Shown: positions 52,201 to 62,768 of the stretch, piece by piece
Layout of the letters: the number at the start of each line of letters is the position of its first letter
Numbering within the stretch: position 1 is the stretch's first letter
NCBI GenBank assembly: GCA_046563655.1
Contig: CM102290.1
Coordinates: 496,001 to 560,000, forward strand
Origin: Yuukianura sp. NJ FZ-2021
Lineage: Eukaryota
Direction: 5' to 3'
Length of the DNA: 64,000 bases
Notes under the pieces: generated by a model
What the model was told of the DNA's origin: nothing
The model's database searches: none
The model's input: only the letters and a program-made list of their open reading frames with translations
Program-made: the position numbers and the translations under genes

Positions 52201-54348
52201 GATTTTGAAAAAAAGAGCGGACAGTTGGAATCGGATTGGTCGAGGAAATGGGATTGAGTTTGACATTAAAGCGGGGGATCCTCTTGGATCATCTTCTGCT
52301 GCAACCACTTTCTTTTGTTTCTGAGCTCTTTCGCTCCACTGCTTCGTCCACCATAAACGGATTTATATTCCGCTCCTTTCAAAAGGAACGGAACTTTTTG
52401 AAAAAAAGTAAGCTGAGAGATGCGGTCGAAGCGGGAAAGAGAAAGTAGTGAAGGGAACCGCACGAGAGACACAAAAGTGCCCATAAATGTTCTCAATATC
52501 ACTCAATTTCTTAACAAGGGAACCGCAGAAGAGGCAGAAGGAAGTGCCCATCTCTGCACCAGAGGAAACCAAACAATATGATCATCACACACACACAGTC
52601 TCATCTTCCATCATCCCTTGGGCTTCTCCTCATCCCTTAACGCCTTGCCTTTGTGGCGGTAAAAGTCGTAAAATTTCAAAAAAAAAAAATTGGAAAAAAG
52701 AAAGTACTTTTACTTCCAAAAGTCAAAATTTCTTTGTTCTCCGAAAAAAAAATAATAGCGAAAGCATCAACTTTCTCTCGAACAAAAAAACTCAACAAAA
52801 ATCCCACAAATTTTTTCCAAATTCGACAAATTTTTTCTCTCCTAAAATCTCACATTCTTTTTTCCAAAATCCGCCAAATTTTTTTCTCCCAAATTCTAGC
52901 AACTCTTTCTTGTAAATTCAACCAATTTTTTCTAAATTCGAAACTTTTGTTCAAGACTCAAATTCAAACCGAATTTGTTTTAGGTGTCTAATTACTACTG
53001 GTTTGCTCTAAAACGCTAAGAATGGTTTCTGAATTTTGAAATTTTGAACTAAATTTTGTAAAACCCGGTCAAAATTGAATATGGGGCAAGAAGTTTTGTA
53101 AGTGTACGAAGCTACTTTTGAGTTTGGAGGGCAAGGGTAAAGGAATTATTAAAAATGCATCTTCCAAAGTCTGTTTTTAGGACGCTGTTGCAGAGCGTTG
53201 AAAAAGCTGTTCAGTTCTTAGTCCTACGCAACATGGGACGAGGGCAAATAAATAAAAAATTCCCACTGAATGCAACCAGTGATACTAAAAGATGCATTGA
53301 GTTGACTCCTTGACTATTTTATGAAGACGAGTTGTTTGACCTTCCAAACACCAAAAATTGTGTCACTCACACACCCCAATCAGACCAACTACAACTTTCC
53401 ATTTCCCGTTTTTAAAACATAGATTTTGGAATTTTAGTGCAGCGAAAGTAAAGACGGGAAAAGCGGAGGGAAAAACTTGAAAATTTTTGGAGTTGTTGAA
53501 AGACCTAAAGTGCGAAAAACTTTTCTCTCTTTTAGAAGAAATTTTGTGTCGTAAAAAACTTTTTTGAGACTATGGGATTGAATTAGTAAATTTTTCCCAT
53601 TAACTTCTCTCCCCCCTCTTCCCTCACACTAACTTGGTCTCAAGTGCCACTTTGAATTTAGTTTTCTCCAGGTAGACTAAGAACAATCATCACCTACTTA
53701 AGCTCTCCACTTAACACTCTGTCAACTTACACAAAAAATTAATCTTTCCACTAAAACTTCCAAGAAAAACTTATAAAAAACTTAAAAACTTACACAAATG
53801 TGAAATATAAGCTAAAGTTCCTCTGAAATCACTTACAATGTAACAAAACGCTTCCAATTCTTATACAAAACCAGTTTAAAGTTGCGAAAACCCCAAATTT
53901 TTGTTGTTTCCCGGAGTCGGATTTGCAAAAACAACAAAAATCCAGTGAAAAACCAAATTTTGAGCCCAGTTATTTCGAAAAACCAATTTCTAGGCTAAAC
54001 AGTAACAAAATTACAACATTTTTTGCAAAATTTTTGGCAGAATTTGTTGATTTGTCTTATAATTTGCTTAAATTGGAACCCAAACGATACTTCTCTACGA
54101 AAAGGCGTGTAAACCGAAGTGTTTGAAATTTGAAAAGAACTGAAAAGTGAGATAGAAATTGGATTTTTTTTTGAAAAAGTGAGTTTTTTGAAGTTAATGT
54201 TTGAACTTACTGTGGTATTGACGCATCGTGAGCGCATGGGGTCTGGTCCCCTGTATGTGGGCGAGTACCTTCCAGAAAAGCAACTTCCAGAGCTAGAAAT
54301 GGAGGATCCCAGTGGCTTTCCGTTCATCACTTTGTCACTCGAGTACAT
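43269..54348 (-). CDS. acj6: Class IV POU-homeodomain transcription factor (Acj6/Brn-3/UNC-86); exons 54348-54211, 44906-44730, 44421-44015, 43605-43269
   Basis: N-terminus MYSSDK...[15 protein letters not shown]-specific [74 protein letters not shown], homeodomain [17 protein letters not shown]...[17 protein letters not shown]. Confidence 0.97.
43633..43943. mobile_element. CAAGGTT-type MITE, copy 4, perfect 8-bp TSD CATGAGTC, in acj6 intron 3
   Basis: Left CAAGGTT, degenerate right CACCTTT; subterminal IR AAATAGTTTTCCTTCAACAGGTTA / TAACCTGTTAAAGACAAACTATTT. Confidence 0.85.
44449..44517 (+). ncRNA. tRNA-like unit 1 (pseudo-tRNA or tRNA-derived SINE head), antisense in acj6 intron 2
   Basis: A box TAGCTCAGTGG, B box GGTTCGAATCC, perfect T-stem GTGGG/CCCAC, anticodon-like arm GCTTC-CCGGATA-GAAGC, downstream T tract; acceptor stem has mismatches. 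Confidence 0.7.
44615..44685 (+). ncRNA. tRNA-like unit 2 (tandem paralog of unit 1)
   Basis: TAGCTCAAGGGTTAGAGC, GCTTC-CCGGACA-GAAGC, GTGGGTTCGAATCCCAC, followed by a T8 tract. Confidence 0.7.
47878..48232 (+). repeat. Minisatellite, ~21-22-bp unit (AAAACGTTTTCTGCGCAAAGAC-like), about 16 copies, in acj6 intron 1
   Basis: Periodic AAACGTTTTCTGC; accounts for the spurious overlapping ORFs at 47.8-48.3 kb. Confidence 0.9.
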
Positions 54349-57300
54349 TGCCACCGCCGTGGGGTAGTACGACGGCCCACCCGGAGCCCCACCTAAACCC
54401 ACCAAAAACCACGGCTCAAACTATGTCCAATACAGACTTTCTAAAGGTCAAAGGTCAATACAAAGTCACAAACATTCAATTGACAGTCTAACATTTCTAT
54501 TCGTTTGACATTTCTCACTCCTTGAACTGTAAACTTTAAATTTTTGAGTTTATCCAATTCTTTGTTAATTAAAAGTAAAAATTAACCAGAAAACGGTAAA
54601 ATGTAAACAGAACAGAAATGAAATTTTAAGTATTGAAAAGTTACAGAAACAACTTTCTTTTCATTTTGTCTGTGTTAGGTTTCGAAATTTTGAAAAATTG
54701 TAAAATGTGATTGTAAAATAAGTTTTTAAAGTTGGGTATGAACCCTGAGTTGACATAACGAAAAAGTAATTGCTGTTTAGCTAGTGAATAATTACGTGGA
54801 GAAAGAAATGATAAAAAATTACGCCGTAGAAAAAGTGTAGCAGAAGGAAAAGCCTTTTTTAGACTTTTGATAGGCTTTTTGTTTTCAAAATTTAGTTTGC
54901 TTTCGTCATTTTCAAAATTTAGTTTTCGTGACTTTTGATTTTCAAAATTGAAATAGTATTTCCGAACCTCGATGCATCATAATTTCTTGGGAGTGAGTAT
55001 TAAAAATTGTCAACTTTTCAGAACAAAAATGAACTTTTTTTTTTTCAAAAATTTTGTGTAAAAATTTTCACTTTCACTTTCCAAGTTGAACTAAGATCAC
55101 TTTTAAGTTTCACTTTCACGGGTCACTTAACTTCCACTTTTCCATTTAGCCTATTTTTTTTAAACTCAAATATTCAACTGTTAGTGACTTAATTTGAATA
55201 TTAGTTGTTCTAAAATTGAAATTCCTTGTAAATTTAACTTTTTAAAATTTTGATTTTTTTTTGAAATTTGTAATGGAAATTTGAATGAAATGGTATAATT
55301 TTGGAGAAGTGAGATCCCTGGCCGTGGCCTCCTCGTTCTGAGTGGTTGAAGAATGGAAGTGGGATTAGAAGTAGGGCTTTCCTTTCGCCTTTCCCTGCTT
55401 CCTCCACCTGTTTTCACAAAGCCTCGCTCACTTTCGGCGCAAAAGCGATGCTTCCAACTTCAAAAGCAGTTTTTGGAAACTAGGAGCAGCGAAAAGCGAT
55501 GAATGCGCTGCAGATTCCAGCGCTTTTCCCTTAACACAAGAAAAGGAGGCCCAGAATACACCACCCTTCCACAAAATGAAACTCCGCCATGAACAATCCA
55601 CACAGACTCCAAAGAAACACTTTCTCCTACTCCATAACTTTCATCAAATACACTTTTTCAAAAAAAAGTTCAAAATTTCTTGTTTTTTATATTTTTTCAT
55701 TTTTATAAATTTAAATTTTATAACAACTAACGCAAAAACGAGAAACACAAAGTATACTAACTTCCGAATACAAAAGGAATCGGATTTTCTCCAACGTCTG
55801 AAAACGATCACAAGAATGTTAAAAAAATCAAAAATTTGAAAGAAGCTAAAAAGTCAACCTTTTTTCAATTTTTAGTGAATATACATAGTATTTAATTTTT
55901 TACAATGTAAAGGTTAACTTATTAACTTTGCAATTAGAAACTGCGACTAGTATATGATTTCATGAAGACCTTTTTGTTTTTGGTTTTGAAGGTTTATAAA
56001 AATTAGAGTACTAATTTTCCGTAAACATTCGTTTCAAATTTTCATTTGTTTGGAATTTGACGCCAACAGTCAAATTAAACCACTTCACTGTAACAAGGCC
56101 AAAATTTGAATTTTTTTTACCAAAAAAAGCAATAATTGGAGAGAAAATTAGAAGGAAGTTTAGATATTAAAAAATTGATTGAAACTGTTTATTAGACACA
56201 AGAGGACAGTGGAGCTCAACGTTAAGCTTTTTTGGAAACTATGGTCACAGTTAGTGATAATTAATGTTCAATTTCACAATTAATGTCTTCAATCATCTTG
56301 TATGTTAACAATAACTAACACAACAGACGCAAATCCCTTCTTTTTTTAATTCCAATTTCATCAACAGTTAGTGTACGCCTTGTTCCTCTTATTAATTCAA
56401 AATCCTCTTTCTTTTCATTAGCCTCAATTCCATTATTTTCAGTTTCAAAAAAGTGGACTCAAAAAGTCAACTTGGTTTTTTCAATTCTAAAAAAACAATT
56501 TTTTAGTTCTTTTATTCCAAAAAACTAAAAACGAGCCAAGTTTCTACAACGCGACAAAAATGTCAAAGGTCAAAAACTGTCAATTTTGACACCTTTTTTG
56601 AATTGAGTGAAGATGTCAAAACATGAAGTTTTTTTTTCTATTCGATACAGATGTTGACTAAATCTTTTCAATTGACTGAATATTTTTTAGTTGAAAGTGG
56701 ATGTACAGCATGTGCCATAATTTTTGAGCACATTTTTTAGATTTTCATGAAAGGGATATGTGATATGTCGGTCAGAAGAGATTGGAATGAGTTGTTTTTT
56801 GTCTATGTTTTTTTTCTAAATTGTGGATCATGCTGTACATTTATTTTTTGACAGAAGGAAGTAGAGATCAAAGGGATCTGTTTGAACCTTGTAAATAAAA
56901 AAATGGAATAAAAAGATGATGACATGACCAAGTCCCCTTTTCCTGCTCTTTTCACTGTCGAAGGCCCTTTCAAGTCCCCCCTTTGCTCAAAGTTAAAAAG
57001 TGAGAACAATGATGCAGTCAGGTCCATCAAACCTCAGCTTCAGTGCACATGAGTGGCCCTATTCAAGCTAACTTTTTCACTTTAGGGTCAAACCAACTGA
57101 CCCCGAGGTCACGGGCCATGGCGGCTCGTTTCAAATCAAAAGTAGGCTTATTCTTTTTATTGATGTCCAATTCCAAATTGGATTTTGGTTTCGAAATGGA
57201 TAATGGTCACAACACAAACTTTTTTTTGCGTCAGATGCGGAACTAACCAAAACAAAGGAAAAGCGGAGACAAAGGTTTTTTTTCCAGTCGATCGATTCTA

Positions 57301-57667
57301 AAACAACCCTCTCTTTACTTCTAAGCACAAAACTTTCGTTCTTTAGCAAATACAGTAGAATCTGTTTCTAAAAAACAGGTTTTTGAATTTTCCCGGTTCT
57401 GGTCACGTAAAACCTGCAACTGTGTACATCGTGCACAATCCCCGACTTCCGGGTATTTTTGAATCATCTTCTCATGGAATCCGGAAGCGGGAGTTTCAAA
57501 ATCTTCCTTCCGGATGCATCCTGCCAAAGGGTTCAAGGGCCCCTCCCTTCTTTTTCCAAAATACAAACCCTTTTTAAAAAAAATTCAAAAGAGCAAAAAA
57601 TTCCCACGTTTTTTTTATTTTGTTTTTGGGTCTTCCTGTAAGTCCTGAAGCATGGATTGGTTCAGAC

Positions 57668-57847
57668 CAAGGTTGTTTAAATCGAATTTTTTCCGTAACA
57701 GGTTATGCCGTAACTCCTGTTTAAAAAATAGCCATGTAATACTAACGGGATTGGTACAAAACTTGTTTTTCCCTAATTTTTGGAAAAAAGTGAGTTATGG
57801 CATAACCTGTTAGCGCATTCGTATAAATGGGGGCTATAGCAACCTTG
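57668..57847. mobile_element. CAAGGTT-type MITE, copy 5, degenerate TSD (GTTCAGAC/GTGCAGAG)
   Basis: TIR CAAGGTTG/CAACCTTG; subterminal IR TAACAGGTTATGCCGTAACTC / GAGTTATGGCATAACCTGTTA. Confidence 0.85.
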
Positions 57848-60095
57848 GTGCAGAGGTCATGGAGTTCGGAGTTTGTGTGACCTCAAGGTCAAAAGGTGCG
57901 GGATGTGGTGAGTGAAGCGGGAAATTTGAAAGATTAGAGCCGTCAAAGAGAAAGAGATTAGAGAGTCCTTAGTCACTTTTTTGGGCGGGCAAATGGAGAG
58001 AGGCAAAGGAGAAAGTGGACGGTGGCTCAGAAGGATTAAAAAGCAACGCACAAAAGCTTTTCTTTTGTTTTAAAACTTCCCGCTTTTAATTCTACTGGTT
58101 TTTCAATTTCATAAAACCGAAAGTACACAAAATGTTTCAAAATTTCACAATTTTGGTTTCTCCTGTTTAAAATTTCAAAGTAAAATTAGTAAAATAAAGA
58201 CGAGTCGATTTATGAAAGCAACTCTGTACTTTTTAGAAAAGCTTTCACTAAAAGCATGAAAAATCTTTCAACTCATCTTCTTTTTTAGTTTTTTTTTTGT
58301 ATTGGTGGCTTAACTTTTTTTTTAAATTTTTGGCGGAAAATTTGAAAAAGACAAACAAATGATTAGCATTGGACAGAAAGGGGTTGTTTGGTGTGAGACT
58401 ATTTAGGAAGATACAATGCATTCATTTGTTGCTCTCTTCCATTTGTTGTGACTGAAGAAAGGGGGGGGGGGCCTTTGTGAATAATGAGATGAGCAGGGAC
58501 CCTTAAGGGCCCATGTGTTCCAACCCGGATTTTGGGTATCACATATGTTATCTTATGGGATTGAAACTTTTTGAAATGAATATAGTACTACTTGCGATTA
58601 GTGAAAGTTCACTTTACCAAAAACCATACACCGATCTAGGGTGGGGGGGGGTTGAAGGGGGAGGGGGATGTCGAATCAAATCTGATTTGGGATGAAAGGA
58701 TAAAATTGAGCATGAAATCATGATCCTGACTGCTCAGATCCAAGTAAGTCCATTGAATCAGCCCCTCTAACCCCCCCCCCTTCTGAACTCCCCCCCTCTA
58801 GACCCCCCCCCCTCCTGCTGGGTGGGTGATTTAGCAACAGCTTCATAAAATTTGGATTTCCTAGAATCTTTAGAACTAATCCCGCCGATTTTCGGTTGTC
58901 ACTCAAAGTCCGAATGAGAATCATGGATAATAGAAAGTAGAGCGGGAGAATGATTCAAAAAATGCTTCTGTTTCAATTTTTTTTTAATTTCAAAAAATTA
59001 GTGAAAAGTGAAACACTGGAAATGAAACTTTTTGAAATTTTTTAAACGAGACCCAGTACTGGATCGTTTTGGAAGTGAATGATTGAATTGAGGGGAGAGA
59101 GGAAGTGGCGGATGATTTGAATGTGACGGCGCCACGTGACTGGACGACGGTCACCTTTGGTGGGGCGCCGTATTTTGAAAGAGTCCGGAAAACTTGAGCG
59201 GAAGTGCAGGGTCAAGGAGGTGTCATGCAGTTTACATTGGATTTCATTTAGCCACTCACCCGCTCCTGGTCCAACGCCCTTTCGGTTACAAAAGACAATG
59301 AAGACAGGAAGGAGGCCCTTGAAGGGCCCCCCGTCCGTAGAGGGGGGCTGAACACGAAAGTCCTGTTTTAGAAATCCATTCAACCTCAAAATATGGGCAA
59401 AGTCTCACAGCTCCGCCTGAACGGCGGTTGGCTCGCCGTCGTCTGACGAGCACTTGAACGCGCTTCTTTTCAAATTTTAAAATTGAAAACAAAACAAGCT
59501 TTTAAAAAAAACGTCTTCAAATTCTTACCGGCTATTCCATTTCATGCCACTTAATTTGAGAACTCATTTCAGAAAAAATGAAGAGTGGTCGGTCAGCTAT
59601 CTACATTTTTCTAAAAATAAAATTTCAAATCTCACATTCTCCCAAAAACGATTTCAATAAGTTTAAACTAAACTCAAAATTCTGAAAACAAACTAAATGT
59701 TAAAAAAATAGTCAAAAGCCCGCCCGGAACATTTAAAACAAATTTCAAAGAGCGAATGAATTTAGAAAACTTTTGAGTCGTTTTTTGCTTTTTTCTCCGA
59801 AAAATCCTCTTCTTTTTGAAAAAAAGTCCATCGTTGGCCACTTTTTGAGGGGCAGAAAAAGTAGAAAAATGTGAACTTACAAAAAAAAAACAATTGGAGT
59901 AAAGTGGTGGTAGAAAGTGTTTTTGTTGCGACGCGGGTTGAGTGATGGAAGTTGGTTTTTGGTCGGCATTTGAGTGGGGGTGGGGTGTGTTTTGGGGGTT
60001 GATTAGAAAGGCATTTGGGTTTATGAGTCCCATAAAGGGACCGACCAAAGGGCCTCGGCACGGAGAAAGTCAATTTCTGGAGACATCCCGATCAA

Positions 60096-61360
60096 CACAC
60101 TTAACGGCGATGTGAATCAAATCAGTGCACATGTGCCGGGATTGCGCAGTAAAACAGGGCAGTGCTTATCGAGTACCATTAGATGCATCGGAAATGTACA
60201 CCGATTTTAATCAGTTATCGTTTTATATCGAAAATGTAGCAAATACATACCGGATTCTTAGTGACTGGAATTGGTTCAACTGTGCAGAGCATAAAATGTG
60301 CACAAAAAACAGCTCTCATCCGCTGCTAATTTTCATGTGCATCGCCGGTGCGGTCTTGGAACAATAGTTGCAATATCTGGATATTGCTTCATTTAGTGTA
60401 TGTTAACGGTGCTCACAATAGATGTACACTCTGTTCCGTTAAAATTTGTACCGGCTTGTTACCCAAGTCGTTTCGGTTTTCACGGCATGCATTTTTCAGC
60501 ACAAAAACATTGTGTTGACCGTTGCTCCAGTCTGTCTTTTGTTTCTGTTCGGCTTTGTTGACATTTTGGTTTTCTATTCAGTATCTAATCATGCAGGGAA
60601 GATATAACGACTTAAAATGAAATAATTCGCAGTAGTCTATTTTGCAAAGGAGCAACGGTACACCGCAATACGATCTACTTGGTTAGTGGAAGATTGAGTA
60701 CAGTGTCACTGGCCAGGAAAGAAAACTAAACATAGATCTAAACTCCAAAGTGATCATACTTCCGTCCCTGATGACACCTTCATCGTTGTTAACTGCAAAC
60801 TGATTAATTCACACGGTAAGCTCTCATTCCTATCTCAGACTCTCGTATCCTCACACTTTATTTGTATTTAAGGGGTCTATAGATATTTAATGCTAAATGG
60901 TTGTTTATCATTCTTTTTAGAACATTACGGAAATGCCTACAATCGATCTGACGAGTTGAGATCCAGCAGCACACCCCAATTAGAAAGCAGCGACCCAGAA
61001 CAAGGACATCGGTCGTCAACATCAATTACAGAGGAAGTGGAGTTGACTTTGTGAATAATATATATCCATTAAACTTATTATGTTAATAAAATTATCTTAT
61101 CACTTAAAATGAATGTGCGTTATGGTTTTGTTCATTGTGCATTTTCGGTGCTGGATTCATACGTACATTTTACCGATAGGCAATGCAATTTGTGCACATA
61201 TATCATAAAGGAAAAATAGTTACTCTTGTGTCGGAAAAACCTGCACAGTTTCAACGCCCAAAACAGGGACACGATTTGTGTACCGTAGAATGGGGCGTTT
61301 ATGAACCAAGCCGTTACTACTTTTCAGCTACCGTTTATTCACATTGCCGTTGCGCTTGTG
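60096..61360 (+). mobile_element. Non-autonomous CAC-ended DNA transposon (CMC/EnSpm-like)
   Basis: Imperfect TIR CACACTTAACGGCGATGTGAAT / ATTCACATTGCCGTTGCGCTTGTG; interior lacks the long A/T runs of the flanks and contains a decayed spliced ORF. No clear TSD. Confidence 0.65.
60617..61054 (+). pseudogene. Decayed two-exon ORF resembling the N-terminus of transposon-associated (DUF4806/BEN-type) accessory proteins
   Basis: MK*FAVVYFAKEQRYTAIRSTWLVED*VQCHWPGK...VNCKLINSH|gtaag...tag|EHYGNAYNRSDELRSSSTPQLESSD...LTL*; two in-frame stops, intact splice sites. Confidence 0.6.
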
Positions 61361-62694
61361 TTTACCGGGATAAAGGGGTCTGGGCCCTCCGCCTTCCAAG
61401 GGCCCACTGACAATTGAGGAGCGGAATGAGGCTGTTCCTCTGTCAGCGCAAATGGGGATTTATTCTCTACATAATAGATTGAAATAGGAACAAGGAAACA
61501 TTTCCCGGGAAATTCAACCACTTTCACTATCACCGCTTCCCTTTCTAATGGCCTTCAAATGCCCACAGGAACTACTTCACCCCCCCCCCCCCATGACAAG
61601 ACCCCCCCCCCCTTCTGGAAGAATTCAAGGCCCCCCTCCACAAAGTGTGAATTTAGGACAAACTTTGCTTTCTCTTTCATAAATCATCGGAGCCGCATAA
61701 AGTCGTAAAGCGTCAAGCGATAAAAATTTTTTCGGGTTATGACGCGGTTTGTTTTAGCTCCAAATAAAACTGAAACGATGTTTTCAAAAACAAATTTTTC
61801 TTATGGTCCAGTTTTCATATTTTTTTTCAAAAAACCATAACTGAAAATTATGAACCGTTTTTCTTTGATTTGTAGTTCATAATTGAGTAACCAAGGCTAC
61901 TTTTCTTGTTAACGAAGACTAATGGCCAGTCCTGAGACACTAAAAATCAAAGTTCCCGCAGTCCTCCAAGGCACCAAACATGTCAAGTGCCTAGATGGAT
62001 GGTGCTGGACGAGAGTCAACTGTCCAGACTAGTCCAAATGCCCATCTTACACAAGGGGGGGGGGTTCGTAACCCCCCCCCTCCCTCTCTTGGTCCATAAT
62101 AAATGTCAAGCGTGTGACCTCCAGGTGAGTTATGATGGTCATCTCTAACGTAGTAAAGGAGGAGAGTAGAAAAAATGGAAATTGATTGAAATCGCGGTTT
62201 TTCGAAAACAAAAAAAAAATTCACCTGTCCCCCTCCATACTTTTCGACATGAAAATAAAGTGAATCTCTTCCGGTGTTTTTACATATGCCACTTGAATCA
62301 AGAGAGAAAAGGCCCTTGTTCTATACAATTAAGCACAAAATGTTAGTTTTTTTTCAGACATGTTAGGTTATTACATTAGGTTATTGTGACATTGTTGCAT
62401 TGAAGGAAAATACAACAATAAAAAGTGCACAACTGACAAAGTTCCCCTTCAAAGGGCGAACTGATTGCTTCTATCCTGATTCAACTTTCCCAGGACAGGT
62501 GCAACCACAATTACACAGAAAACATAACATTTGAATTTTGCCTGACTTCAAAATTTCAAAAACAAAGTTTTTGAAATGTTCAAAATTTTGTGTTTTCACT
62601 CAATGTTACACTTCTGGCAAAAAGAGAAAGCAGAGATGTCTTTTTCAGTACTATTTCAGTTCACTTTATTTTCTCCTTTTTTAAAAAAATGAAG

Positions 62695-62768
62695 ACCGCT
62701 CACTTTTTTCAACTTGAATTCAAAAAACCAAAATTTTTTTGAATTCAAGTTGAAAAAAAGTGAGCGGT
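62695..62768. repeat. Near-perfect inverted repeat, ~33-bp arms with a ~7-nt loop
   Basis: ACCGCTCACTTTTTTCAACTTGAATTCAAAAAA ... TTTTTTGAATTCAAGTTGAAAAAAAGTGAGCGGT, one-base indel in the T/A run. Confidence 0.9.
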
